Part shown: positions 34,768 to 58,288 of the stretch, in pieces | Position numbering within the stretch: position 1 is the stretch's first letter | How the letters are laid out: every line of letters starts with the position of its first letter | Source: Eledone cirrhosa | Lineage: Eukaryota | NCBI GenBank assembly: GCA_964016885.1 | Contig: OZ024742.1 | Coordinates: forward strand, 36,456,001 to 36,520,000 | Direction of reading: 5' to 3' | Length of the DNA: 64,000 nt | The notes under the pieces: generated by a model | What the model saw: only the letters and a program-made list of their open reading frames with translations | What the model was told of the DNA's origin: nothing | The model's database searches: none | Translations under genes and position numbers: made by a program

Positions 34768-35250
34768 TACACTTTCGTTATCTTTCTTTTTTTATATATC
34801 CTTTTACCCCTCTTCTCTTTCTCTCTCTTCCACCTTTCTTCCCTCTCCCTCCCTCTCCTCTCTCTCTCTTCCACCCCCTCCCTCTCTCTCTCTCTTCCAC
34901 CCCCTCCCTCTCTCTCTCTCTCTCTCTAATTTGATTAATTCCACTTAAGTATTTAAATTACACATAAATTCCCCCACACACACACACGCTAACCACCACC
35001 ACTGCCACCATTTACATACACAAATACCACATCACACCCATATATACCATCTTACCACCATACAGATACACATACTACGCCCCACACAACAGACACCCAC
35101 CTAATACACACACACATGCACACATACAAACACACACACACTCAAATACGCATACTTAAGATTATACACATACACATACACCACCGTACACACACTTAAC
35201 ACCTTGTACATACACAAATATTACCACATATACCACTACACACACATATT

Positions 35251-35327
35251 CAGGGTGTCCCCAAAAAATGTATACACACTTTTATTAGAAGGTTGTTGAA
35301 GTGTGTATACATTTTTGGGACATCCTG
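35251..35327. mobile_element. Minimal Tc1/mariner-type MITE (77 bp)
   Basis: TIRs cagggtgtcccc aaaaaatgtatacacactt / aagtgtgtatacatttttgggacatcctg followed by TA. Confidence 0.75.
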
Positions 35328-35809
35328 TATACATATTCGCACCACACATATACACGCATACACACATACACACACGACTACACGTATAGATACACCCATA
35401 CACACACGACAACATACATACACATACACACACGACTACACGCATACATATGCACATACACACACGACTACACGCATACATATGCACATACACACACGAC
35501 TACACGTATACATACACACATACACACACGTATACATACATACACACATACACACATGTATACATACATACACACATACACACATGTATACATACATACA
35601 CACATACACACATACACACACACATACATACATACATACATACATACGCACATACATACATACATACATACACACACGACTACACGCATATATACATACA
35701 TACACACACGACTACACGTATACATACACACACGACTACATACATACACACATTAGCTAATTATTAGAACGTTCCTTTTCTCCATGTGGTGGGAAGAAGG
35801 GGCAGTGTT

Positions 35810-36475
35810 GAAGAGAGAGAAGGAGGAAAGAGGTGTGGCATTAGAGAGAGGGATAAAGAGAGAGATGTAGAAAGTGAGGAGAAAAAAGAGAGGGTGGAAA
35901 TGAGGGGGAAAGAGAGAGAGGTACAAAGTGAGAGGGAAATAGAAAGGAATTCAAAGTGAGGGGTAAGAGAGAGAGGTACAAAGTGAGGGAAAGAGCGAAG
36001 GGTATAAAGTGAGAGAAAGAGAGGAGTTCAAAGTGAGGGGGAAAGTGAGAGAGGTACAAAGTGAGGGGGAAAGAGAGAGGTACAAAGTAAGAGGGAAAGA
36101 GAGACGTACAAAGTGAGAGGGAAAGAGAGAGGTAGAAAGTGAGAGGGGAAGAGAGAGGTACAAAGTGAGGGGGGAAGAGAGAGAGGTACAAAATAGGGAA
36201 AGAGAGGAGTTCAAAGTGAGGGGGAAAGAGAGAGGGGTACAAAGTGAGAGGGAAAGAGAGGTTTGAGGGAAAGTGAGAGGTATAAAGTGAGAGGGGAAGA
36301 GAAAGGTAAAAAGTGAGGGGGGAAGAGAGAGAGGTTCAAAATAGGGAAAGAGAGGAGTTCAAAGTGAGGGGGAAAGAGAGAGGGGTACAAAGTGAGAGGG
36401 AAAGAGAGGTTTGAGGGAAAGTGAGAGGTATAAAGTAAGAGGGAAAGAGAGAGGGCATAAAGTGAGGGGGGATAA
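35810..36475. repeat. Polypurine minisatellite (~22-25 bp unit gagagaggtacaaagtgaggggga)
   Basis: Repeated aaagtgag..gagagaggtac units; strongly purine-skewed. Confidence 0.85.
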
Positions 36476-36861
36476 AATGTTAAAAATGAAGTCAACAGCA
36501 AACTAAAGAAAATGTTAGAATCGGGGCAATGTTGTTGTTGTTGTTGCTGTAATGATGGTCTTTGTTGTTGTTATTACAATCTTAATTATTGTTGTTATTG
36601 TTGTGGTGGTCATGGTGGTGGCTATTATCGTTATTGTTGTTGTTGTTGTTGTTGTAAACACGATTATTGTTGTTGAACAGAATTATTGTTGTTATAATTG
36701 TTGCTGTTCATGATATAGTTAGTGTTGTTACTGCAATGATAGTCATTGCTGTTGTACAATCTTGATAATTGTTGTTGTTGTGGTGGTGGTGGTGGCTTTT
36801 ATCGTTATTGTTGTTGTTGTGGTGGTTGCTGTTATAGTTATTATTATTATTGCTGCTGTTG

Positions 36862-39240
36862 TGTAGAGAGAGAAATTAAAGAATTGATTTAAGATGTTAA
36901 TTTTGGTATTTTTTGTTTCTTTAACATTGGTGCTCTGCTACCTGTACCCCAACAACAAGAACTTTAACTTTCGAAGAATATTTGGTCCGTTTTGAATTCC
37001 TAGTGTGCTGAGGACTTTTAGTGTAATTTGAGCTTCTCACACCTTACCAAAAGTTATACTCCATTATAATCGTTTATATATACTGAAGCTGCTCCAGCTG
37101 TGTTGAGCTGTAAACCCCTTTCTGAAAGATGCTAACCAGGGATTATTAACCACAATAACTTAAGAATATAGCGATACCAGATGATGATTCGTACCGCAAG
37201 CTCCTAATTGACAGTGTCACTCCTTTCGTCAGACGAATAAGATGGCGCTCATTCCACCACGACTGGCTGACTATCAAGAAACAACGTGAAGATGAACAAT
37301 CTGCAGCATTTTTGGTTTTAAAACGTACCGAAGTCCTCCCACAATATTTTACTTGATAACTTCGAAAATGACCTGATTAATATGGTTAAGAACATTAAAT
37401 TTAAGAAGCGAAACCTCTATATGGACTCTTTTCTATATGATCTTGGCCCTACTGTACGAAATTTCAAGAAGCATAAAAAAAATCTGGCAAAAATATTAAG
37501 AACTGAATAACTACTAATGGAAACTTCCATTGTATTAATAGAGAAATTGATCTTATTGTATACAAACTACACCTAGAGCGACATACCGAACCTTATACTC
37601 CCCAAACCCCTAAATTTACATTAAAGCACCTAAGATTGATTTTAATAATAACCCTTCTATCAGGCTTATAAGGCCATCTACCTCTGACATAAAAAAATTA
37701 GACAAAACAATTCCTGATTTGAAACAAAAACTTAGCTTAAAATTGTGGAACAATACTGACGAAGTATTGTGTTGGTTCACTAAACTTCTAAATAAAAAAT
37801 AAATTAATCTTTATATAATTCGATATAGATAAGTATTACTCTTCTATCCCCCCCCCCCCTTCCAATCTCCTAAATAGGGCCTTAATTAACGCTAAAAGTG
37901 TTAGCAACTTAACTAGTGCAGAAATTAATATAATACTAACTACAAGGTAGACAATAATTAAGTTGATGGTTGCCTTTGGACCCTCAAAAAAACACCCTAA
38001 TAATTTCGACATTACTATGGATTCAAGTGATTCTGCCCAAGTCACTGATTTAGTGGGTATTTTCATACTAAATAAACGATGGGGGTTTATATTGTGATAA
38101 TGCTCTTTTCACCATTAGCAGGAATAGTAGAAACCTTGAGCTAAATAAAAAATCGTCTGCATAGATTCTTCAGGAGTATAACCTGACAATAACTATAAAC
38201 ACTAATAAAGAAGTTGTGAACTTGCTTAATATAAATTTTAACTTTGAGACCTGTCTGTAAAAACCATCCAGTGGATTGGAAGTATCGGTAAGGGTCGGAC
38301 GCCATGCTTTGAAGCATAGAGTTACCTCCCTTTATGATCTGAGTTCAAATCCCGCCGATGTTAACTTTGCCTTTCATCCTTACGGGGTCGATAAAATAAA
38401 GTGCCAGTAATACACTGGGGTAATTGTTGGCCTTGTGCCAAAAGTAGAAACAATTATTATAACGAAGCACAACAAAGATCTGGTTATAACGATAAAATCG
38501 TATTTATAGATAACCTTCGAGAAGTCGGCAAAAATTATAACAATATCTTGCATAATATGACTCCACTTTGAACAATAAAAATGCACTTAAACCGAATAAT
38601 CGTTCGCTTCTCTATAGGACTAAGAAACTAATTAGTAATTGTAGCGATAATCACATACCCAGTGAAAATAGAAGTAATAGACCACACACAAATTACGGAA
38701 ACAAAAACCATATAAGAAATAATTGTTTTTATATTTGGTACAAAGCTAATTTTTTTTTTTTTTTGTGGGGGGGGGTATTAAATCGACCCCAGTGAGTGAC
38801 TGGTGCTTTATTTAATCGACCCTGTAAAGATGAAAGGCAAAGCTAACCTCAGCTGTTCACACTTCTCTCTATGTATATTATTTAACCACCAATAAATATT
38901 CTTCTAACTATTACAAGAAATAATAATAGTATTATTAATAATAATTACCTCAACCTAAAAACACAATCTTTTACAACTTTGCACGTAAAACCTGCTTCGC
39001 GTACGTTCTTCGTTATATACTTGCCAATGTCCAACATTTAATATTGTCTGTTCTTATAATTTGTTAATTTGTATTTGGTTAAACTTAATCACTTTTTATA
39101 ATTCCCGATGATATGCGGATGTTATATGTATTATCTTGTGTGTAAATAATTTCTAATTGACTGTTAGAAACGTATGGAGAAATTAAACAATGGATTTAAG
39201 TTGTTAACCTTGGTTTTCCTTCATTTTAAATATATATGCA
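36862..39240 (+). pseudogene. Decayed Naiad-like Penelope element (RT), interrupted by two SINEs
   Basis: Manual translation: LKNIAIP..YRKLLIDSV..FVRRIRWRSF (37160), FDIDKYYSSI (37818), NFDITMDSSDSAQVTDLVGIFIL and a GLY.DN.L remnant (38000-38105). pLTR-like similarity between 36862-36925 and 39172-39230. Confidence 0.7.
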
Positions 39241-39611
39241 GTGTACCGCCGACATTCGTGGTCCCTGTTATTCACGGAATTACCCTTAGAACCTAACTAA
39301 TAATTGTTCGAGGAAATCACCGTATATTCGCGGAATCGTAAATATCTTCCGCGATTTTTGTATGGCTTTTTCTTTTTTCGTGGCAATATATATATATTTT
39401 TTTAACGATAAATTATTAATAACAATATACCGTATTTGCCAGTCTATTGGGTGCCTCTTTGTATAAGAGGCTCGCAATTTTTGTTATTATATTTTACGTT
39501 ATATTTTGACGTGTATAGGCATTTTTATGGACTACCTCCAATATTCGCGGTTTTTCACTCTACGCAGGTGCTCTAGGAACGTAACCCTCGCGAATACCGA
39601 GGGACAACTGT
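39239..39611. mobile_element. pogo/Tigger-like MITE
   Basis: Imperfect TIRs cagtgtaccgccgacattcgtgg / cgcgaataccgagggacaactg followed by TA. Confidence 0.55.
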
Positions 39612-39614
39612 ATG

Positions 39615-39672
<58 letters not shown>

Positions 39673-39734
39673 CCATATAGAAAAGGAATATAATACAACA
39701 GATGACATTTATAGTGGTGCAGGTGAAGTAGTTA

Positions 39735-39770
<36 letters not shown>

Positions 39771-40019
39771 TAAACGGAATAGAAAATGCTGACAAATTGT
39801 TCACAGTGAAAAATAGTTTAATTAGGAATAAGTGAGAATTAGTAATAGTATTGGTTAGTATTCAGTTTTGGTTTTAAGTTTTACCGGTTGCGCATTTCTA
39901 ATGCTTTTCAAAAATAATTTTGAGATAGAGCGTCCGTGATGTTTGCTCTGATCTGTGGGAAGAGATGTGTGCTGATGTAGGTATGTATGTTGACGTGTGT
40001 ATGTTGTGGGTTCGTCTTA

Positions 40020-40750
40020 GGGAGAAGTGTTTAGACGGGGTCCGTATTTGTTAATAAAGTAAGATTCCTTGCTGATGCGCTTTAAATTTGTAGAGGGGAA
40101 AGATTCTGAAGTTGGGATGATTTTGGGCGGCACAGGTATCAATGTGTTCACTCAGTGGTATTTTCCTGTATTCCCGTATTTTAATTTGGGATCTATTGAC
40201 AGTCATGCGTTGGCGGATGCTGTTTTTGGTCTGGCCTATGTATTGTTCTCGACAACCTGAGCAAGTTAATACATATATTAGATTTTCTGATGCGCATGTG
40301 AAATTGTGTTGTACTATAAAACGTTGTCCTTCTTTGAAATAGAATTCTGAACCCTCTATTAGGTTGATGCAAATGCCACAGTTGGGTCTATCGCATTTTT
40401 TTACTGTGGGTTTCGTTGTTGTGGTTTGCAGTACTTTGGCATGTGTTAGGATGTTTTTCATTGACTTTTGCTCTTTATGAAATCGTGTGTTCGTAGGATT
40501 TGGTTCATTCTATGGTCCTTTTTCAACACAGGGATGTTCTGGAGGATGGTGTCCAAGGCCTCATTGTTGAGGGGGTTGTGTGTGGAGATGTATGGAAGAG
40601 GTTTTAGTTTCAGTTGATTTACTTTAGGGTGTCTAAGGTCCTGGGTACTGAGTTTTAGGGCACGTTGGATTCCATTGTCAATTAGTGATGCAGAGTAGTC
40701 CCTGCCTATGAGTGTGTCCTTTAGTTCTTGTAGCCTTTAGTCCTTTAGTT

Positions 40751-40752
<2 letters not shown>
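40020..40752 (-). pseudogene. Neptune-like Penelope element fragment: thumb/linker plus GIY-YIG endonuclease
   Basis: ORF 40051..40461: CDRPNCGIC linker, FTCASENLIYVLTCSGCREQYIGQT..IRQRM; upstream RLQELKDTLIGRDY and LPYISTHNP. Confidence 0.85.
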
Positions 40753-40792
<40 letters not shown>

Positions 40793-41188
40793 GTATTTGG
40801 TTAAACTTAATCACTTTTTATAATTCCCGATGATATGCGGATGTTATATGTATTATCTTGTGTGTAAATAATTTCTAATTGACTGTGAGAAACGTATGTA
40901 GATATTAAACAATAGATTTAAGTTTTTAACCTTGGTTTACCTTCATTCTAAATATATATGCAGTGTACCCCCGACATTATATATATATATATATATATAG
41001 GAACAAGTAAGACCCCGACGGCTGAGCTCAAGCCGTTTCGACGGCTAATTCAGTCCATAATTAGCCGTCGAAACGGCTTGAGCTCAGCCGTCGGGGTCTT
41101 ACTTGTTCCTATTACCCATTCTACTACCCTAAGTATTGAGTACTTTGGTGCGTTATGGTCCGCCTGGTTCCTTACCACATTTCCTTCG

Positions 41189-41221
<33 letters not shown>

Positions 41222-41224
<3 letters not shown>

Positions 41225-41805
41225 AATGATCTGCTAGCCTTCTAGCCGGTATTCCCAGTATGTAACTATAGGAAAGGAATCTAATTGTTTCTACTATTCG
41301 TACAAGGCCAGCAATTATCCAGTACATTACTGGTACTTTATTTTATCGACCCCGTAAGGATGAAAGGAAAAGTTAACCTCGGCGGGATTTGAACTCAGAA
41401 TGGCAAGGACCGTAACTCTATGCGTCAAAGCATGGTGTCCGACCCTCTACCGATACTGCCAATTCACCATATAAAAAAGGAATATAATACAACAGATGAC
41501 ATTTATAGTGGTGCATGTGAAGTAGTTAGTGATATATATATATATATATATCACTAACTACTTCACATAGCAGTATCGGTAGAGGGTCGGACACCATGCT
41601 TTGACGCATAGAGTTACGGTCCTTGCCATTCTGAGTTCAAATCCCGCCGAGGTTAACTTTTCCTTTCATCCTTACGGGGTCGATAAAATAAAGTACCAGT
41701 AATGTACTGGGTAATTGCTGGCCTTGTACCAATAGTAGAAACAATTAGATTCCTTTCCTATAGTTACATACTGGGAATACCGGTTAGAAGGCTAGCAGAT
41801 CATTC
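41222..41805. repeat. Inverted duplication of SINE plus flank around a (TA)n-centred palindrome
   Basis: 41222-41460 mirrors 41570-41805; 41515-41568 is a perfect palindrome around (TA)n. Confidence 0.85.
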
Positions 41806-41990
41806 CACCGAACATCTTCGAGACATCCCCTTAAATAACACCACATCATCTTCTGTTCCACACCTCAACTCTCAATATGCGTTGTCCTTTCACACCTCGG
41901 CTCCCTTGCTTCTCGTTATCACAAACAATAATGTCTTATTTTCCGCTTTGTTTGCTCTGTTCCCTTTCATTCGAAGAGTGTACTGACATT
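41762..41990 (+). pseudogene. Decayed GIY-YIG C-terminal half (Penelope-like)
   Basis: YILGIPVRRLADHSTEHLRDI..VPHLNS resembles YIGET.R.L..R..EH...VA.HFN. Confidence 0.45.
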
Positions 41991-42609
41991 AACCTAACTG
42001 TACCTTAACTAACTCCCTTTCATTTCTCAAACATCACACATGCTTTCATTTCGTATCCTACCACAACACATCATACACGCACCATTATTTAAATATACGC
42101 CTCACAGACTACAAACACCAATCTTTCACACCCACACATCCACATAGGCTGCATATATCACTCGCACGCATACATCAGTACACAAACATACGTATTAATA
42201 CTACACGTACTCATAACTTTAAATACATACATTTCTACACACAGACCCCCAACTATCAATTGTATGAATCTCCATGTACATCTCTACACATACAGATCAC
42301 TTACTCTCTTTCCCTCTCTGTATATGTGCGTTTTGTGGGGGGGGGGGGGAACTGCAACCAACACATGATGCTTGAGATCGTAATACGGAGATACGTCAAA
42401 CTTTATAGATAGATAGATATGAAAAGATTCAGGACCCCGACGGCTGAGCTCCCGCCGTTTCGACAGCTAGATCAGATCTAGCTGCCGGGGTCCTGAATCT
42501 TTTTATATTACCTACTCTACTACCCCAAGTATCGAGTACACTGGTGGGTTATGGTCCACCTGTTTTTTTACCACATCCTATGTGATATATAGATAGATAG
42601 ATAGATATA

Positions 42610-51896
<9,287 letters not shown>

Positions 51897-51897
<1 letters not shown>

Positions 51898-54800
51898 TGT
51901 TTCTTTTATTTGCCACCAGGGCATCAAAAGTGGGACAAGTACAAAGGGGGAGTTTACACAAAAAGGCGTCCTCAATAAGGAGGAGGCAATAACAATATAT
52001 AAAAATAAAATAAAATATAACAAAAAATAAAATTTATAACAAAATCCTCAATAGAGAGGAGGCGCCTTGGGGGGGTCGCACACACCCCCGAAAAAAGTAT
52101 GCAACCCTTCTCCTCAGGAGCACAGAGAGGGGGTGCTCCCTCGTTCCTTCCTCTTTTCCACCTACAGGCTTATGTAAAGAGAAGGCCCATTCACACGGGC
52201 CATTCTCGCCACTTTCACCCACCTTTCATAAAAACGACTGGGGTGGAGCACCTCTCTCTCCATCCTGATCCTTCTTCCGAAATGATATCGGAAGAAACGG
52301 ACCAGTTGTTGGCCAGAGAGAAAGGTGCCTGACCTCAGTCCTTTCAGACGTGTCCACCATACATCTTCTTTCACCATGGCTATTACGCACAGAAACACCG
52401 CCTCTCCTTCATCTTTGAAGGGGGGAGGCGGCTTGATCATTACAATAGACTCGGTGGTCAACCGGATCGGTCTCACCCTTGACAGCAGTTGTTAGACATA
52501 GCCCCACAGATCGGCTACGCCCGAGCAGTGTACCAATGCGTGTGCAACGGTTTCCTCGTCGCATACGCATCTGGGACAGATCTTTTTGGCGGGGTCCCTA
52601 CCCGGGCGCCCGTGTCTGTAGAGCTTTTCTCGAACGGGTAGAGCCCCTCGGTAGCACTGCCAGGCCAGGGACTTCTGAAAGTTGTCCATAGGTCCCGGGC
52701 TGAATGTCCTACCGAACAGGCTGGCCAGTTCGTCCTCCTCCATGTCTAGGGCTTCTCCGAGGGCGTCGTCGCACCTGTTGCGTACCAGCCCTCTATAGAA
52801 TGTTGCGGTGGAGTCTCCACTGATAACCGGATCCGCCTGCCAGAGGGCGGTGAGCGCCTGGGCACACTCAGTGTGCCAGGCGCCCAGTTTTCTCGGTCTT
52901 TGCTTGACCCAGGATTGCAGCTCGGTGAGTGAGACGAGTCTGGGAAAGGTTCGTCTCACAAACGAGGCCCACACCGGTTGACCGGTGAGGAATACGTAGA
53001 GGTGCCGTAGCCTTAATGCGTGTTTACGCATCATTAGCCACGGCATCCCCAGCCCTCCTTTCGAAGGGTGTTGACAGCAGATGGATCTCCTCACCATAGG
53101 AGCCCGCCTCTTCCAAAGGAATTGGAAGAGCGCGCGCTCCATCTTGGCGAGGGTTTCCCTTGGGCAGGGCACTACGGTCAGGCGGTAGTAGATGACGGAC
53201 GCTATATAGGTGTTCGCCACCTCCGCCCGACCTTTCAGGGATAGTTTGCAACTGGCCCACTTCTGGGTCAGTGCAAACACCCTGTTCGTAACCTCCGCCC
53301 AGTTCTTCTCCACCTGGAGGTCCGGTCCGAACCAGACCTCGAGCAACTTCACCGGGCCCTCCGTCCAGCGTCCGACGACGCCATCGGAGGGCATCGGTCT
53401 GCCCCTCCACGTGCCGAGTTGCAAACCGATCGACTTGTCCCGGTTCAGCTTAGCCCCTGTGAACCTTTCGTACTCCTCCAGTAAGGTGCCGACCGCCCCG
53501 ATTTCGGAGGCCGTCGACACCATTACTGTCACGTCATCGGCGTAGGCCGACACCGCTTTCCCAATCCCGGTTCCAAAGGGATGCCCTGCAACAACTCCAA
53601 CTTCCGCAGTAGTGGCTCGAGAGTCAACACATACAGAGGGAGGAGAGAGGGCACCCTTGTCGGATGGACCGCGCGATTTTGAACGGCTCCGAGAGGTAGC
53701 CGTTCACCTTGACCCTAGAGCAGATGCGGCTGCTGTGCATAGCAGTGATCCAGCCCCTGAAAACGGGTCCGAAGCCTGCCGCCGCTAGCACCGCATCCAG
53801 GTAACCATGGTCGACCCTATCGAACGCCTTAGATTGATCCAAGTTGATCAGAGCCCCACCAAAGCCGGGTTCGTTACCAACCCTTTCTATGATGTATCGC
53901 ATGAGGTGGAGGTTGTCATGGATGGACCTGGACGGGATAGCACATGTCTGCGCATCTCCCACCAGGTTGCCCACGACAAGCGCCAACCTCTTTGCTAGCA
54001 CCTTGGCCAAAATCTGTAACTCTGTATTTAGCAGAGTTATGGGCCTGAAGTTACTTATTTCGTCCCCCTTGTTCTCGTCCTTCCTCACTAGCGTGACTAC
54101 GCCCTTGGTCACAGTACAGGGAATTCTCCCGTTCTGTTGCCAGTTGCAGTAGACCGCCTCGAGGAGATCGGGGAACAAGTCCGGCATAGCTAGGTACAAT
54201 TCGTATGGAAGACCATCGAGACCCGGGGATTTGCGTTTGCCGCATTGGCTCAGCACGTCCTCTATCTCAGCGGCCGAAATCGGCTCCTCGCAGGACTTCG
54301 CCTCCCTGTCCGAGAGACGCGGCAGGCCGTCGAGGTATGGACCGAAGTCCACATCCCCAACCGGCTCCCCGCCCCTTCCGAACAGTCGGGCAAAGTGCCT
54401 TTGAAAGGCCTCACACATCTGCTTAGGCTCAAGAATCGCCCGTCCATCCTGGTCTCGTAAAGACCGGATGGTGGATTTAGTTCCACTGTTGGCCTCTGTC
54501 ACGCGGGCCCAGCTAACAGCTTTGGTCCCCTCGTTCCCTAGAGCACGTATTTTACTTCGGACAACGCAGCCTTCGTGCTTCGCGTCGAAAAACTGGCTCA
54601 AAGCCGTTCTCGACACTAGCACTCTGGCCACGTCGCCGCTTCTAATTGCCTCTTCTACTCTATCTATTAGATCCCATTCCTTCCTATTCCTATCCGCAGC
54701 TAGAACCTTACTAAGTTCTATCGAGACTACTCTAATCTCTCTCTCTTTAGAGATACCCACCACCTACTGTTGACGATCGCTCCAGTCAACCGTTCCTTAA

Positions 54801-56919
54801 CTAACGTACTAATCCGATCCCTGTAAGCTCTACTTGCCGGCAAGGACAAGTTGAGCTTCCAGTAACCGGGGCCCTGTCTATGCGTTCTATCAAGGTTGAC
54901 CATGCAGGTCACCAACTTGTGGTCTGAATAGCCAACCATGAGCATTTCTGGACAACTTAAAAAGTCCCTGTCCTTCTTTCTAACTAAAAACCTATCTAGG
55001 TACGACCTAGATGATCCGCTGCGATTTGACCAAGACCAGGTTGGCACCGTCGGAAAATCTAGTCGAAATCTATGGGCCAGGTCAAATCGGCCGAGTAACC
55101 CCTTGAGGCTGTTGCACCCCTCTCTATCGGGACATGCCCCTGCATAGTCCCAACGTGCATCCAGGATACCATTCCAGTCCCCCACTAAAAGCAGGGAACG
55201 GGACGTCCCTAGAAAAGACTCCAGACGCTGGAAAAAGTCGGGCCGCTCTGTCCCAAAAGGGGCATATGCGGCTACCAGCCTAAAGGCTCTACCTTCACCA
55301 CTGCCAAGGTCCAGCACCACCAGTCGACCCCCTGGGTCCAAGTGAACTATCTGTGTTGCAAAGCCCAGATGTTTTTGCAGCAGAACGACAACCCCACCCC
55401 CACCTCCGGGCTGACAGAGAGATGCGTGCATCTCAAAGTCGTCAAAGGTGGGGGCTAGCTGGCGCATGTTGCTGATCCGGGCCTCGCAGATAACCATCAC
55501 ATTTATAGATTGTGACCTGAGGTCATTTAGAAGCATTGCTTGCTTCCAAGATGAGCCCAGACCACGCGCATTTAGACACCCTACTCTTAGCACAGCCATG
55601 TTGGTGGTAAGGAGAAAAGCACTTACCTCTCTGCGTCCCGGGAAACGGGCCGCTCAATTTCCATGCTGGTTGGGGATGGGTTGTTGGGTGGGGTGGTGGT
55701 TTGTGGAAGTGAAGGGGCATCAGTGTGTTGTGGGGTTGGGGTTTTTGTGGTTGAGTGGGTGTCTGGGTGCGGTGGGGGGTGAAATTTTTTAGGAGGACGC
55801 GGTTGATTGGTTTGGCGCATGGGGGGGGGGGGGGACGTCCTCCGTGAAATTTATTTTCAGTGTTTTGTAAAAGTTCATTGGGACTTTAATCATTTTTAAA
55901 TGAGGTAGTCCCACAGCAGTTATAAAGTTAGGACCTTCAGTTTGGACCGAAGGGTTTGTTGAAATTGTTTTCAGTAATTCTTTGTTATCTGTGTTCATGT
56001 ATGTATATTGTAAGGTCTTTTTTTGTGTAGCAGTTAGTGTTGTGTGACAGGGAGGGGTGGTTTGTGTGTAGTTTGTGTTCTCTTTGGGGGGGGGGGGTTA
56101 AAGTTAACATGTGTGTCTGTGGTGCGTCTCCTCTTCTTTCTTTTTACTTGTTGGAAGGGATCTTTTTCGTCTTGCGACGAAAGGGGTTCGTCTTCCTTGT
56201 TGGGTGGGAGGGGTATGTTTTCTGGTAGTGTTTGCGGTGTGTGTGTTTTTGTATTTGTTTTGGGTGGGGAGGGATTGGGTGGGACAGTATTCTGTGTTAT
56301 TTTTTCACGTGTTTTTTGTTGTTGTTGTTGTGGTAGTGGTGGTGGTGGTGGTGGTGGTGGTGTTGGTTTTTGTTGTTGTTGTTGTTGTGGTTGTTTTTGT
56401 TGTTGTTGTTGTTGGGGTGGTGTTGGTGTTGGTAGCAGTGTTTTTTTCTGTGTGAGCTGGGGACAGGCAGCCCTCAGGTGACCTCTATTGCCACAGAGGT
56501 AACAGGAGGGACGCCTACCCTCCACAATAATGTTGAGGTGGGTACGGTCATCCAGCATGACGCGCTCAGGGATTTGGGCGATACGTTCTGGCCTTATTTG
56601 GGTCAGAACTTCGATGCTCGTTCCACTGAACGCGTCGCCGGATGCCTTCCCTATTGAAATGAGGTTGTCCTCGTCTAAATTGAGGAAACCGGTTAGTAAC
56701 CACCAGTAGTTTATGTTTGGGGTGATGGTGGTTATCCATATTCTCTGGGGTTTTTTACCCATGTAGGTGGGGAAGAAGGTGTAGTGTGTGGAACGAATTG
56801 GCGACACAGAGTATTTTTTCGCCGCCAATTCGTCTTTCATCAATATGGATAAACTCCCATAGAGTTTATCCTTTTGTATGAAAGTGATGTCTCTCATCGC
56901 TTCTTTCAGTACTAACTGA

Positions 56920-56920
<1 letters not shown>
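51897..56920 (-). mobile_element. L1/Tx1-clade LINE copy B, 5'-truncated within ORF1, in (GATA)n
   Basis: ORF1 part with CYLCGNRGHLRAAC. ORF2 from 55599 split by frameshifts (54727..55599 APE, 53624..54763 RT, 52492..53553, 52162..52476). Confidence 0.93.
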
Positions 56921-56981
<61 letters not shown>

Positions 56982-57000
56982 GGGTGGGTGGGTGGTGGTT

Positions 57001-57074
<74 letters not shown>

Positions 57075-57223
57075 TTAGGTTTGTTGGTTCACCACTGGAT
57101 AAGTTCTATCCAGTGGTCAACCTTGATGTAATATTAGGGAGAGCACTCGACGTAATGCAACTCACCCGTCTTCGTTTGTGTTGTTAGTGGTGCGAGTACG
57201 GAGTTAATTATTATAATATATAA

Positions 57224-57406
<183 letters not shown>

Positions 57407-57507
57407 TATTGAAGTTTCCGTTGAAAATTGAAAAAGTCAGAGGAATGAAGAGTGCTCTATGTAAGTTACAGAGCTAAATATTTAATGTATAATAAACAAT
57501 ACAGTAT

Positions 57508-57585
57508 AATTACCTCATTACCAGAGGTTTCCCGAATAAGACGAATACAAGATACGTCCGCATTCGTTCATCAGACAAGGCAATT
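57508..57585 (-). ncRNA. Full type I hammerhead ribozyme
   Basis: aattgccttgt-CTGATGA-acgaat..ggacg..cgtc..attcgg-GAAAC-c-tct-g-GTA-atgaggtaatt; 11-bp stem I with G-U pairs. Confidence 0.8.
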
Positions 57586-57587
57586 TC

Positions 57588-57623
<36 letters not shown>

Positions 57624-57820
57624 TTATATATATATATACAATACATAAACAGAGAAAGCCTTAAGCGATACTCCGACCAACTCCATCTCACTCAACAAAC
57701 ATTAGGATATACTTAAGTATTATCCAAATTTAGTGTTTGGGGTGCTAACTAATCAGTATTTCGTGGATAGCTGGTTGTATTATTTTATATGAGACATTAT
57801 TAAATAAATATCTCTTTCCT

Positions 57821-57944
57821 TCCAGACGGTCGTTTCGTTATAAGATTTCTACAATTTGGGATAAATAATTTCCAGGTTATGTAGAAACTTGTATATAATC
57901 CATAGTTTTATACACAAGTGGGCTCTTATAAACTCATCAATGGA
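57821..57944 (-). ncRNA. Long-stem-II hammerhead, sister of 26367-26489
   Basis: tcca-TTGATGA-gtttataag...cttataac-GAAAC-gacc-GTC-tgga. Confidence 0.62.
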
Positions 57945-58061
57945 TGCCCAAATAATATCGATATAAGAATTATATCGACATTAATGGAATGGTGATGGTC
58001 TCCCTCAGCGCTAAGAAGAGACTGGTAGATTAGAAAATCCAGCAGTCCTCTCAAAGAAAAA

Positions 58062-58116
<55 letters not shown>

Positions 58117-58164
58117 GAGAGAGAGGGCGGGGTAGATACATATATAGATAGGTAGGTAGATAGA

Positions 58165-58189
58165 TATGTTTCTTTATTTGCCACAAAGG
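58165..58189 (-). mobile_element. Extremely truncated Tx1 3' tip in (GATA)n
   Basis: atgtttctttatttgccac matches the 3' terminus of copy B (51897-51915); embedded in GATA repeats. Confidence 0.65.
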
Positions 58190-58288
<99 letters not shown>

